A stretch of 64,000 nucleotides of DNA from Tubiluchus corallicola (lineage: Eukaryota; Animalia; Priapulida): positions 267,243-331,242 of the forward strand of contig JAQGDQ010000249.1 of NCBI GenBank assembly GCA_030141605.1, written 5' to 3'. The translations under genes and the position numbers were made by a program. The notes beneath the pieces are model-generated. The model did not search any database. It had not been told where the DNA came from and saw only the letters and a list, made by a program, of their open reading frames with translations. Positions 1-12,490 of this stretch are shown in pieces; within the stretch, counting starts at the first letter, position 1; each line of letters starts with the position of its first letter.

Positions 1-395
1 TGGGCATATTGATGTGATAGATGCGAACATTGCGTCTATTGCTTTTGTTTCCAATATTCACCTTATATGTCAAGTCGGACACCTTGTCTACAACCTCGAA
101 TGGTCCTTTGAAGCACTTCTGCATCTTTCCATGCCCTTCATGCATCAACACGAGCACTTTGTCCAATTTCCAACGACCTATCTGACGACATACGATCGTA
201 CCATCGTTTTTGGGCAATCTTTGCTTGACGAAGGGACTGATGTGCATCTTCAGTAGCACTTTCTACTGTGTTGATGATTCTCGTAACACATTCATCAATA
301 TTTTCTAATTTAGGAGAGTCTTGGCAGCCCCAATGTTCTTTCAAAGCAGCCAAGGGGCCCCGCACAGGGAAGCCATACACTAATTCAAATGGAGA
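1..395 (-). pseudogene. Frameshifted integrase C-terminus with GPF/Y module
   Basis: After FCLFA the protein resumes in another frame as PFELVYGFPVRGPL...QAKIAQKRWYDR; the usual YREVP...TGFS segment is missing. After a second shift near 157 it reads VLVLMHEGHGKMQKCFKGPFEVVDKVSDLTYKV...RIYHINM. Confidence 0.85.
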
Positions 396-3124
396 GCAAA
401 CAAGCAGAAAGGAAGAAGTTCATCCCATGGCGGACTATGTTCATCTTGCAGAAGTTTTAGGATGGACGATTTAATGGAAGCATTGTATCGTTCTGTGAGA
501 CCATTAGCTTGGGGGTTGTATGGGGACGTGTAAATACCTTTTACTCCAGGGGCCTTTTCAAGATCACGTATGAGCTTGGACGTGAACTGGGTCCCCCGAT
601 CTGAGATGATTTCCCTAGGCATCCTGTGTCTGCACATGTATTGTAAAAGTGCTTTCACAATTGTTTCTGTTTCTATGTTTGGTAATGGTATACAGTCAGG
701 ATAACGTGTTGCATGATCAATGATTGTTAAAGCATATTTGTTTCCTGAGGGTGTGCGTTGTGTACCTAGTGGGCCTATGATGTCAATTGCAATTGTGCGA
801 AATGCAGTTGATGGTATTGCCAAAGGTTTGAGTTTCGTTTTATCAGCGCGTCGCACACGAGCAGTCTTTTGGCAGGTGGCACATGAACGGCAGAACTGTA
901 TCACAGAGCGTTTGATGCGTGGCCAAGTATATTCCTGCAGTACTCGCTTGGTAGTTTTCCTAATGCCTAAATGTCCAGCCATCTTATTATCATGTGCCAG
1001 GGAGAGCACCTGCAGTCTCCTTGTCTTAGGCACAACCAGTAGTTCTCGTGGTTCTAGGCTAGGACGCTCACATGCCAGGTAATAAAGTACTCCTTCATGA
1101 AAATAGTAGCCTTTGCCTTCTTTCCGCACAATTTCTTCAGTGCGTGCATTGTCGCGTAAGTTCCTTAAAGTTACATCATCTACTTGTTCTTGGTGTAACT
1201 GGGATTTACTGAGCTCAGTTAGGTGCATTTGGTTTTGCTCTGACTCGTGCTCAGTCAGTAGAGGTGCTTTGATTTTGTCTTGCAAAAACTCTTGTTGGAG
1301 GGTCTTGTCTCTTTCCTCAAGGTTTTGCAGTTTTGCAGCTTTACTGCGTGTAACAACTAATGCCGTGTGCAGCTTGTCACCACTACTGTTTTCATCCTGC
1401 TTCATAGCATGCTTTTTAAATTGGCAGGAGGAATCCATGTTGGCCACAGTAGGGGTTGAAGCTGGTTTCGGTACACACTGGAAGTTCTTACTCCTCTTTG
1501 CCGGGAATGGAGTAACTGCCGTCCGAAAGTCATTACCAAGTAAGAAGTCAACTGGAAGGTCACCAGAGACAGCCACTGTTAAATATCCACTGACCATCGG
1601 ACTTTCAACCTCCACAATAGCCATGCGTACTTCCTTGGAATCTCCATGTACACACTTAATCGTCCTGGTTGACTCATCAACATATTGCTCTGGCCTTACC
1701 AAATCTGGGTGAACAAGGCTAGTGCATGCCCCAGTGTCGCGCATGCATTTCACATTCTTGCCATTCACAGATGTCCAGCAGCAATATTCGTCTTCAGAAG
1801 ATGCAATAATGTCGCGCGACTTCTTCGTGGTTTTGCTTGAACCACCTTCCTGGGTCTTCTTAGCATCACCTTTAGCTAAAAAATTCCGACCCATCGTGCT
1901 TCTGCCTTTCCCGGTGGCTTCAGCACCTGCCATGCGTCTTCTGCATTGATTTCTCTTATGTCCCAACTCGCCGCAGCTACTACCATCGTGCATTGGCGGC
2001 TTCAATCCTTTCTTAAATGTGTTAGGTTGCATGACTTTTAAACCACCCTGTATCGACGTCACAGATGCTTGGTACAAGTCTGCTTTTTCAACGACATCAT
2101 CGAAGGAATGAAGATCTTGCCTCCGGACCCATTCACACATGTCACGTGACATCAGTGTTAAGACTTGTTCCTTACAGACCAATTCCACAACTTTATCTAC
2201 AGAGTCAGCACCGTCTGCATTTCTGTACTCATTGTAGGCACGAACAAGTCTTCTGCCAACTTGCTGAAAAGTCTCATTGGCCCTCTTTTTTATAGCACGA
2301 AAACGTTTCAAGTAGCTCTCGCTGGTTAATACATATGCTGCCAAAAGTGCTTTCTTCACAGCATCGTAGTTGCTCATTTGCTCAGGAGGTATTTGGTGAA
2401 AAGCAATTGAAGCTTTCCCGGTGAGTGCAGGCCCTAAAGATGCTGTATATACGTCCTGAGGAAACTTATTTGCAGCTGCAGTTGATTCAAACTGACTTAA
2501 GAAATCGTCGATGTCTTCAGCGTTTTCATCAAAGACCCTCATTTTGATACGCTGGATGGGTGCATGCAATTGCGGGTTAACAGGAGGGGAAGGGTTTGCG
2601 ACCTGTAATAAAGTGGGTGCGACCTCAATTCGTGCAAGTTCGGCACGCAATTTTTCAAGCTCAACCCGTTCCTGATGTTCAAGTTGCTTAATACGTAACT
2701 CTTTGTCCATCTGCATTTGCATCTCCATCTGCTTGACAGCTCGACGCTCTTCGCTGCGTAGCATTCCCTCAGTAATGTCGTCTGCCATAAATGACAAGTC
2801 GGGCGGGGGTGTGTGTTCTAACATCGTTGCCACAGTTGGCTTCCTTTTTACGCCACCTGAAATAGGGTTCACGGGAGTTGCTGCATTTAAATTAGCTTCA
2901 ACATATATACCCGCGTCCAGGTCCGGATCACCAAGGCCTTGAATTGCTTGTGTTAGCGCAGGTTGCGTCATATTCAAAGGAAGCTGAGCTTGTAGAATAG
3001 CAGCTATTAAAACAGGTTTAGTCGCTGTTGAGGCAACTGTGATTCCGCGTTCAGCTATAATTTGTTTTAGCTGTGACACTTTTAAAATATTTAACTCGTT
3101 TTCAGTGTATGCGTTTGCTGCCAT
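380..3124 (-). CDS. Retrotransposon Gag-protease-integrase polyprotein, truncated by a small deletion/frameshift
   Basis: 914-aa ORF. Motifs: capsid-like region (EDIDDFLSQFE...LTGKA...YDAVKKALL...YLKRFR), zinc knuckle missing its first Cys (SSCGELGHKRNQC), aspartic protease MRDTGA...DFLLGND, integrase HHCC (HDNKMAGH...CRSCATC) and DDE core (IAIDIIGPL, IISDRGTQF, NGLTERYN). Confidence 0.92.
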   Translation of the reverse strand: MAANAYTENELNILKVSQLKQIIAERGITVASTATKPVLIAAILQAQLPLNMTQPALTQAIQGLGDPDLDAGIYVEANLNAATPVNPISGGVKRKPTVATMLEHTPPPDLSFMADDITEGMLRSEERRAVKQMEMQMQMDKELRIKQLEHQERVELEKLRAELARIEVAPTLLQVANPSPPVNPQLHAPIQRIKMRVFDENAEDIDDFLSQFESTAAANKFPQDVYTASLGPALTGKASIAFHQIPPEQMSNYDAVKKALLAAYVLTSESYLKRFRAIKKRANETFQQVGRRLVRAYNEYRNADGADSVDKVVELVCKEQVLTLMSRDMCEWVRRQDLHSFDDVVEKADLYQASVTSIQGGLKVMQPNTFKKGLKPPMHDGSSCGELGHKRNQCRRRMAGAEATGKGRSTMGRNFLAKGDAKKTQEGGSSKTTKKSRDIIASSEDEYCCWTSVNGKNVKCMRDTGACTSLVHPDLVRPEQYVDESTRTIKCVHGDSKEVRMAIVEVESPMVSGYLTVAVSGDLPVDFLLGNDFRTAVTPFPAKRSKNFQCVPKPASTPTVANMDSSCQFKKHAMKQDENSSGDKLHTALVVTRSKAAKLQNLEERDKTLQQEFLQDKIKAPLLTEHESEQNQMHLTELSKSQLHQEQVDDVTLRNLRDNARTEEIVRKEGKGYYFHEGVLYYLACERPSLEPRELLVVPKTRRLQVLSLAHDNKMAGHLGIRKTTKRVLQEYTWPRIKRSVIQFCRSCATCQKTARVRRADKTKLKPLAIPSTAFRTIAIDIIGPLGTQRTPSGNKYALTIIDHATRYPDCIPLPNIETETIVKALLQYMCRHRMPREIISDRGTQFTSKLIRDLEKAPGVKGIYTSPYNPQANGLTERYNASIKSSILKLLQDEHSPPWDELLPFCLFALHLN

Positions 3125-3728
3125 GGTAATTTACCGTTTCGTTTTATTTTTAATTTAATAAGGTATTGATACAGCAGTCAAATACTATGTGCAACTGTAT
3201 TTTGTTTATAGTATTAGATTCTACGTAATTAATTTTTTTGCAAAGTATTTATTTGCGTTCTGTTTCGTTTTAACTTTACTATTACACTTGTGAAAATTTA
3301 TTCACCACTCACGTGGTTTCTTTTACTCTACTACTCTCACTCTGTACACAAGCAAATTGCTCAGATTACATACATCTAGTATTATGCAAAAATAAGTTCC
3401 GAACCGAACAGGAAATTATAAGCCGTTCTATATATTACTAGGGCTCATCAATTCGTAAACAAGCTTTTGCGTCGCATGCACTTCACAGCCAGACAATCTG
3501 ACCTAGTTTACCTATAGTTCGAAATCGCCTACTGCAATGAAACTAACTGCTTTCTTGCGCAGAGAAATTTATACCTACAGCACGGTCAACGCAAGTGTCA
3601 AAAGTTCTAAGCTTGCTCAGTAGAAATATTATATTATCAGTTCTGTAAAGGGCAGAGATGCTATTTTTCTAACAAGAAACAGAATAAATAATCTGCACAG
3701 CGGTTTCATTCAGTGACAGGCCTTAATT

Positions 3729-3746
3729 ATCCCACTTCTGACACCA
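3729..3746 (-). promoter_or_regulatory. Primer-binding site complementary to the 3' end of tRNA-Leu
   Basis: - strand TGGTGTCAGAAGTGGGAT, 3 nt after the LTR end (...CGTCACA ATT TGG...). It matches the tRNA-Leu(CAA)-type 3' end ATCCCACTTCTGACACCA. Confidence 0.9.
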
Positions 3747-3749
3747 AAT

Positions 3750-4880
3750 TGTGACGCCGTGTAATAATTAAGTCAGGACGTTAAGAAATCAGAGTACTGT
3801 GTTCAAGGTTCTCGAGCGTTTCCGTCACTTTTATATGCTAAATCTACAGGATAATCATTTATTTGTGTAGGCTACGTGAATCCGTGTCACTGGTGAAACA
3901 CTTGTGTGCACGTGCAAATTATTTAATCAGAACGAAAACGGAACTAAAAGCTAATATTTAGATTTAGAATTTAATCAGTAAAACGATGATAGCAAAATTG
4001 AACTGATAACAATTTCGAACAATACCTAATTCTCCCAAAAGTAACGTTGGCCGGCTACGCTTCTGTCTCTCATCAGGCTTTTGAATCTATCAACCACGCT
4101 CTTGAGTCTCCAACCATACCACACCAGCTTTTCATCTCCAGTAGTCAGCCACGTCCTCGCCAGCAACTCTTTGCCAATGGTCACCAATCCAGCCTCTGTA
4201 TGGACCACGCTTTAAAACTACTCCGGAAATCCAGCGGTTGAACTCGTACCTGGTTGCCTCGGGATTGAACTCTTGCCTCGTTGCCTCAGACTCCCAGTAA
4301 TAAAGCCAGATATCGTCCTTTTGCAGGGTGACAAACAGAACCTTCAGTTCAGACAAACAGACAGACCATTGGTCCAGGTAGAACTGGTCCTCGACTGGTT
4401 TTCCACTACTATTCAACGAGAATTTGAGTCCTATTCTGCAGGTAGAAATATGGTTACCAAACCCTTGCTCACTGCATACGAGTGCCAACAAAGACAGGTT
4501 CACACCAAACTTGGTGTTCAGCCATATAAAATAACCTCAGAATGTGGACTAACCAGCAAAACTCCACCACCCTGTAACTTCGACAGTCAGAACATAACTA
4601 GTGTAAAACACGAACTCTGTAGTAAGATCCCAAAACAGGTTGAAGCCATTTGGTATTCGAATTTTCAGGTAACCTAATTACAGGTAAGCAGAGAAATAAG
4701 CGGCCAGAGCCATCTAGTGTCAAAATCTAACAAAAACACACAATGTAATATAAGTTTAAATAAACAGTGCAATAAATCAATCAGGTAATTAGATCATTAA
4801 TTATGCACACACAACGTCATAGGAAAGATATATCAAAATAGGTGTTGCGACAATGATGGGTGGTATAACCGATCATCACA
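3750..4880 (-). repeat. 5' LTR (~1131 bp)
   Basis: Inverted termini TGTGA...TCACA (3750 tgtgacg; catcaca ending 4880). Abuts the PBS. Minus-strand AATAAA ~110 nt from the inner end. The outer boundary is inferred because the second LTR and TSD are outside the window. Confidence 0.7.
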
Positions 4881-7680
4881 ATCTAGTAACTGGTATCGCT
4901 GTATCTGTGTCCATGTATTTTAGTTAACGGAAGTGGTGTTGACAAGCCACTGACGTAGCAGTGTCTAGTTTTTTTGCTGGATTACTGCTGCGTTTACCTG
5001 TCTGAAGGCATCTAAAACTAGGTACTTCAGCCTTAGCAAAACCCCTTATGTTTGCATTTAATGATATGATAACTTAAAATGGGTATCCTGATTTTTTGAA
5101 ATATAGCGAAATCCCCCCGATTTAAGAGAAATGACAGATTAGAAAATCAAATTACCGGCCCATTGCTCGTTCGCTTATACAGTCGTACGAAAGAAAACAG
5201 CGTGTTAAGATTAATCTTAAGATTAACGTTAAGTTTAATTACAGTTCTTTAGCATTCTTTTCACTAATATGTAGGCAAACACGTGTAGTTCTAATATGTT
5301 CTAATGTTCTTCTACAGTTTTTCTCTAATATGTACGATTCAAGTCTTAAGGTGCTTTAGGTCCAATGTTTTTATCACTACAATTACTGTATTAGCAAATT
5401 TTTGGTGGGCTCTTTGTGAGCAGGAAGACTTCTCAGAAGTGCTAAAGTAAAGCTCAGTGTTCATAAAAATAAGCCTCTTCAAGACCGTTAGGTATGACTT
5501 TCAAAATATTTTACTCATGGTAATAATGATAAATAAAAAGTGTTGTAGCAAATATAAAAATTGTTGTACAAAACTTTGTCTTAAGTTTTTATTAATTTTG
5601 TTGTGTATATTTTTGTGATAATTTTGTCTATGCGATAACCACTTAATTTTATCACATATTCATTTAATACGTAATCTTTATTAAAAAGTGTTAAAAATAT
5701 TTATAAGATAGTATAAAATATGATAGCAGGATACAATACTTACAAAATAACTTTTTAAGATAAAAAGGCTAGTTAAAAGAGCTAAGGCTATATATATATA
5801 TATGGTGTCTATATATATATATATACAGGTGTCTGTTAAAAGACCTTGATCCCAATGTCACAGTTAAGGTGACAAGTTCCAATTTTAGCAACTTGTAGCA
5901 CGCATCAAACTTAATGAAAGGTCTCGTGGAGTGTATTGTATAATATAAGCCGGGACTGGTCAACCACTGACCCTGCTAGGAGGCAACAGCTGAAATTCTA
6001 GGTCAGTGATACAAATGCTTCTTATGTCAAGGAACAGTAGGTTGTAATACATCAAATGAAAGGCCTCGATGAGACAAATTAATTTGTGTATGTTGAAATC
6101 AAAAAGTGACAAGTTCAGATTTCACCAAAATTGTCAATGTGAACTTTCAAGAACAATCATACTTAGGTACATATTGTTAATTATTTTGAAAAATGTTTTT
6201 ATTTGTAAATGCAAATTTGCAAAACAAAAGCTGTTATATAAAGCATCTCTTGTCACAGAAGCAGAATCTTACCTCAACATTTGACAGAATATTAAACGTT
6301 CACTAGTTATTTTGTCTGGGTGAATTTTTTAATATCCACTATAAAAGCGCCATGCATAACTTTTTGAAGGTAGTCATCTGTCCGATTTTGTTTGTTGTTT
6401 GAGGGACTTGTTGCAAAATTGCTCTCTCCGTGCACAGTATAGACGGAGTATTGAAACTTTGACAGCGCCAAAAACCTGAAGTAGTTATTTATTATTTATT
6501 TATTTATTTTATTTATTCAGTCTTTTCTTTTTAAAAAGTGTAAACAGTTGCCCTACTTCAATTGCACAAAATGACTTCAACGGTACTAAAAGTGACTAAT
6601 TGTGAGAAAAGTGATTTCAAAAGTACAAAAAAAATTTGTTAGGGATGAGCACTTAACGTTTTTTAGTTTCTAATATTAGTTTTTTTAGAAGTAGAAAAGG
6701 TGTAGTCTAAGACTTCTGGTAGGCAACCCTAGAAACCCGAGATTTTAGATATAAGTGCTGTCTTAGGTCACACTTTGTCTTGTGTTCTCTACCTGACACT
6801 GGAAGAATTCTAAGGCACAGTTCACACACGGCAAAAGTTGGTAAACTTATAAAATAAAATTCATGAGTTCACGACGCCATGTACGAACTGTAGTTGACCA
6901 CCTTACTGTTCAAATTTACCTGAACTTTGTTTACTTAATTAGTTTTAAAAAATGTAAATACATTACCAGTCAATTACAATATTATGAATCATTCATCAAA
7001 TTTTTATCATAGAAATAGAGAGAGAGCTATGCTTACTTTGCTTCTCGACTAACTGTCACATCTTTTTTGCATTGGACTTTTTAAAACTGTTTAATTTGAA
7101 AGCACTTAATGTGTTTACAGCAAATTGTACATTATGCATTACAGACTTTTTGCATTCAAGCTTCAAATACTTTAATTTGAATGCCCTTCTTTATTTGTTT
7201 ACAGCAAATTGTACTTCATACATTAACACAATTTGCAAACTGTGCTTTCAGATGCTTGAAATGTTTAATCTGGCTCTAAACGGAATGCAGCTGGCTTCCC
7301 TAGAGCTCGGTTTACAGTCGCCCGGTGAATTTAAACAGGTTTGACAAGCTAACGCTGTGGGTTAGCTGCTAGGGTTTCATAATATGCAATTACTGAAGCC
7401 TATTTGTGTACCAAGGAAAATATCCGCTTATTCGCGGTCACACTAAAGGAGAATTTTGTAAAAATAACACCGTTTGTTTGCGCGTTTTGTCTATAAATAG
7501 ACTTATGTGAAAAGACCTCCAGCGTGTGAGTTATTTTTGATACATTTTAAAGGAAAACGGCATGATTTTTCACATCCTACCCCATTTTAAAAGTGTATAT
7601 TTTAACACCTATAACAATGCCAAGCTTTTCTGATAATTAAATAATAGGTTAAAAATTATAATTAACGGCAGGCGAGTCAT

Positions 7681-8100
7681 AGCGTGCGCCTGAACCCCTT
7701 TTAAACATTAAGCACCCAAGCATGCGCCTGAACCCCTTTTAAACGTTAATACACCCAAGCATGCGCCTGAACCTCTTTTAACGTTAATGTGTTCAAGCGT
7801 GCACCTGAACACCTTTTAAACGTTAATACACCCAAGCATGCGCCTGAACCTCTTTTAACGTTAATGTGTTCAAGCGTGCGCATGAACACCTTTTAAACGT
7901 TAATGCGCCTAAACATGCACCTGAACCCCATTTAAGCGTTAATGCACCCAAGCATGCAGCTGAACCACTTTAAACGTTAATGCCTGGACCCCATTTAAAC
8001 GTTAATGCACCCAAGCATGCAGCTGAACCCCTTTTAAACGTTAATGTGCTTCAGCGTGCGCCTGAACCCCTTTTCAACGTTAGTACACCCAAGCATGCAT
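7681..8100. repeat. Minisatellite, ~37-38 bp unit, ~11 copies
   Basis: Head-to-tail variants of aagcatgcgcctgaaccccttttaaacgttaatacaccc, with no unique spacers. Confidence 0.92.
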
Positions 8101-8351
8101 TAGCTCGAAAGCGTTCAGAAAGTTTTTACTTGTCTTTCACGGAGGTCGTCATGTACATAATTGTTGCCCTATAAATGTCGGCTTGAACTTTTACATCTAG
8201 ACCGACTTCAGCTCGTCGCATTAAATCCAATTTGGTTAGTTTAAAATTTCACGACCTTGGATGACTTGTGTTTAAGAATTGTTGTTTTAAGGCCCGAAGT
8301 TCTGTACGCGCTCACAAGATGTTTTCTACGTAGTAGCAATCAGGCAAAACT

Positions 8352-8354
<3 letters not shown>

Positions 8355-8416
<62 letters not shown>

Positions 8417-8450
8417 AGTGAGAGGGAGAGAGAAAGAGAAAGAGAGAGGA
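8355..8450. repeat. (GA)n microsatellite
   Basis: Pure GA run followed by a degenerate GA-rich tail. Confidence 0.95.
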
Positions 8451-8822
8451 TTAAAGTGTGCAGACACACATAGAGAGGAAAATGACTCGACCCCTGGAGC
8501 AGTCACCCCAGAGGGAGAAAATAAAAATTTCGTGAGTGCTTAAGCGGAATTTTTACCCAAACCATGTAGCCTGTGGCTCCTCAGTTTTGATTATTAAATG
8601 CAAATTAAACCAGTACCCCACTTGAGCGAATAATTAAAAAGTTTTTCGCAAATGACTTTTTGAGATCCACAGAGACGTTTTTAAATAACTTAATTTTCAA
8701 GTTACTTATTATTTAATATTATTTTTGGCAGTATTAACAGGATGATCGCACTTCTTGACGATGACGATGAAAAATTAAATGAGTTAGTGTGCACTTTCAG
8801 CACACTAACCTCATTTAATTAT

Positions 8823-8839
8823 TCATCGTCATCTTCATT

Positions 8840-8876
<37 letters not shown>

Positions 8877-8960
8877 CCACCACCACCACCACCACCACCA
8901 CCAACACCACCTCCACCACCACCAACACCACCACCACCACCACCACCACCATCACCACCA
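8823..8960. repeat. Compound (TCA)n/(CCA)n microsatellite
   Basis: Directly visible. Explains the poly-S/poly-P ORF at 8742-9053. Confidence 0.95.
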
Positions 8961-9119
8961 ATATTATATTTTATTCAATTATGCGGGAATATCTGGTGCC
9001 GTTCAAAACGCACCCCTACCCGAGGCGGAATGTTGACTATCCTGGCTTCCTGATTGAATAGCCAAAAGTAATTCGAGCTGCCTGCCTGTGCCAGCGTGCA
9101 AGCGCATCGGCTCATTTTG

Positions 9120-9268
9120 GCACTGATGACATCACCCCTCGTTTCCATATTTAGAGTAGAATGTTGGTGTGGAAGCTGGGATAATAAGACAGTGGGCTTG
9201 TAGTTGTACTGCTCGGTGGACAGTTTGGATTCATTTTCTCTCTCAAATAATCTACTAGACTTGTAAGT
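9120..9268 (+). promoter_or_regulatory. Probable troponin I promoter and non-coding first exon
   Basis: TGACATCA motif, CArG-like CCATATTTAG at ~9145 (one mismatch to CC(A/T)6GG), TATA-like ATAATAAG at 9181, strong donor GTAAGT at 9263. The ATG exon begins with an acceptor at 12472-12473, so an upstream exon is required. Confidence 0.5.
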
Positions 9269-12200
9269 TATTTTCTAGTTGTTTAAATAGAACTTTTATT
9301 TGTTTAGTTATAAAATGTATCTATTATTGTTGAATCTATTATTAATCGTAAATATATGATTAAAGTAAAGGTGGAATGACTTGGTTACTAATGTTATGCT
9401 GATAGAAGATTTATTGTCTTTATTGATGTGTAGAATATGGTCAACGTTCTTCCAAATTTGCACATTGAATACATTTCTACATACTCGCATACACACACGT
9501 TTTGCTGCTTATGAATCGCCAAAGATGCTAATTTTAATAAAGCCTAAACAAGTGTAATAAGTACATATTCATGGAGCAAATTTGATAGGAAAAGAGGCCC
9601 ACCTTCACCAAGCGTCTTTAACTAAGACTAGAAGTTAGGTAGGAGCAAGGTGTTGGTGTAAATGTGAGTCGCTAAATACCCGTTGTTGTAAATTTCTGCC
9701 GAACGAGCTACGGTAATTAAAATGTTGTCTGTGCCTTTTTTCGTCTTTTACCACATACGTAAAAGTAATGATTAGACCAGAGTTGCATAATCTTTTTACC
9801 GGGTCTAGATCATGATCAGTAGGCGAAGGCGTTGTACCTATTAGTTTCACTTTTACTCGTGTTTTGAAGTTTATTGATTTTTGTAGAGCTGTTAAGGAAT
9901 ACATATACCTGCAGAAAATTGATAATCAGTGATAGGTTTATATTTATTTGATTTCGTAGTCCGATATCATGCAGAGGGTTTAATTTTCTTTTTTTGATTT
10001 TGTAGTCAGTCAGCATCCATACTTACACATATTTCGTTCATGCAACGCAGAGCTATTAAAAGATATCGGGCAGCTAATGTTGTACAATAATACTATCATG
10101 CCTTGTCATGAATAAGTTAATCGTAAATGCACAATTTAATGCTTTTTCATTTAATCAGTACATTCTGCTAGTACATTATTTTCCGCCACAAGAGTGCGTT
10201 TTCGAAATTCCTATAATGCTGACATTCCAACGTTACCAAGAAGAGACAAGGAGATTATTTATAGGGCCAAGCAGCCGGCAAAGCTTTCATTTTAGACTGC
10301 TCTTCGGTCACATGACACCGACTTTTCTCCTGCTGTTGTACGGTTTTAGAGGTCTGGGTTATGCTATGGCTTCTTGTCAATTGGAGAAGCTCTGTAGTAA
10401 TGCACGATGAGAAAGATAAGATTGAATGAACGTTGAGTTTCTTATTTTCTTTTTCTGACAGTTTTGAATTACAAAGCTCACCACTGCTGAGTTCATAGAC
10501 CTTTTGAAGATAAATTAAATGCAATAAACAGGCATTTTTATTCGCAAGAATGCGTTCGTCATCGCCTGTTTAAATGGGAAAAAGGGAATTTTTAAAATGT
10601 TTTCATACAAACATGCCATACGTTTCCGTTTCCAAAAAGCTTTCTATACAAAGTTGAATTACTTAGCATTAAGCTTACGTGTTTGAAAGACTTACTTAAT
10701 TAGAAAAGATTAGCATGTTCTCGTGCCATCAGGTAAAAGACCACTGTATTACCCATCCCAGTGGGCACCACTGCTTCACAACCATTGACCACCAACATTC
10801 TTTACTTTTTTGACAATATAAAGTAATTTAAACTTTTTTTAGCGAAGAATGTGCTATAAATGTTCTTCGATCTTCAATCGTTAATTCCAAAAGCTCAAAA
10901 CAGCTAATCTGGAAAAATAAGCAGTCATGCTCTGATTGGTTTTTCAAAGTTTACGTAATGTTATCTAAACTTGTTTCGAACGATTTCCGTTAAAATGGCT
11001 GCGCCTAAGATGAGGTGTTATAATGCTGGCACAATCTTCGAGAATTTTTTGGCGATATCAGAGGGCCCTCTTCCCTTGATTGGGTTTAAAAAATTATGTA
11101 ACATTTTATAAATAACGTTATTTGTTATACTTGAGATGGAAAAGAGGGTATGTTTTCACTTTTGAAAAGCTTTTGTACGCTTCTGACTCAGTATGTAGAT
11201 AAGTTGTCATTTACCTATTATATGTCTATAACCAGTTTTTCCACATTGCTTCGCCGCCCCTCAAAAATGGCCCAGTTTGGCGGTTCCTCGGCTTCAGGTT
11301 GGGAATATTTCCCCATGAATCATCGCTATGTGAAAAAATGCTTGAAATTGTAGTAAACAGTCGGATTTTATTCTGGGATTGCAGCTGGGGTGATTATTTA
11401 CAGTGGCTTACTGCGAGAAGTTCCTTGGTATGGTAAGAATGTGCACAAGAAACTAGGATTAAACCATTTAGTCAACTGTGAGGGTGTAGGAAGATACATA
11501 TGCAGATTAATGCGGTACATGCATGCTAATGGTCATTCGAGTCTAATTTCGATACTACTGCTTGTAATTTTTGTAACTCAAATAAATCAAAGCAGAACGT
11601 TTACTATCAAAATAAAAGAATTCTGTTATATCGAGTAATCTACAAAACACAACTTCTTTATTTACATGCATTATTACATATCTACACCTAACATTTGTAC
11701 GCCTAAATTTCTCCATAACACGATTCGTAAAGGCTTAATTAAAATGTCGGTTTGTGGTGCGTAAATTGCATGTATAGCTTACTAGACGCGATTGTACAGA
11801 TTTAATTTACGTATGTAAGAGATATTACTCATTAAGTGGCGTTTACCTGGCACCCGGAATGCGTATGCGTCATGCGAATACGCAATAGATAAAATCGGTT
11901 TATATTGTTTTCAATGCGCCCATTTATCAGACCGGCGTTATGTGTTACTTTTTTCTGTGGTTATTTTCTATTGATTTTTTTTGTACGTAGCTATTCCGCG
12001 GGTGGAAACGCATAAGCATTTCGGATGACAATTAAACGCCACTTAACAGTAGTTAAACTGTTTTGTTTTAGCTTGTAATACTTATAAACGTTTTGCTTTG
12101 GTGTATAACATATAGGAACAACTTTTAATATTTTCACTGCAAAATGAATTTTACGATATGATTTTCGGCGCAACTGTTAGGCTGCTTATGTTCTAAGTAA

Positions 12201-12490
12201 GTGCGTATGAATATCAGCTGCTAAATAGGTTTTTGTTTTTGTACTCTGTATAGTCTGCGTAAATGTTTTCACTGAACTACTGTTGAGCTTATAATAAAAA
12301 GTTACCAGTACATTGCGTTTTACAACACGCTGTGTATATTTGAGGACAAAACCTCTAGCAAATATTTTGTAAACGATATTTATGTGTTTGCTGAGCCTCT
12401 CTGGTTTCTAAATATGTAAACACGTTTGTTTTACGACTTGAGTTCTAAGAATAAACTTTGCTTTCTGTTTCAGAGAAACTTAACCCGAAA

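Larger units (their letters stand above)
1..4880 (-). mobile_element. Gmr1-like Ty3/gypsy LTR retrotransposon, 5' portion (runs off the left edge)
   Basis: On the - strand, in order: LTR 4880-3750, PBS 3746-3729, leader, gag-PR-IN ORF 3124-380, then the frameshifted integrase C-terminus continuing to position 1. No RT/RNase H lies between PR and IN. Confidence 0.88.

Noticed and set aside
4026-4677. Overlapping ORFs on both strands inside the LTR (123 and 134 aa)
   Set aside because: No recognisable motifs; compatible with chance in GC-richer LTR sequence.
7681-8100. ~37-bp repeats resembling a CRISPR array
   Set aside because: Units are head-to-tail with no unique spacers, no cas genes are present and the context is eukaryotic: a minisatellite.
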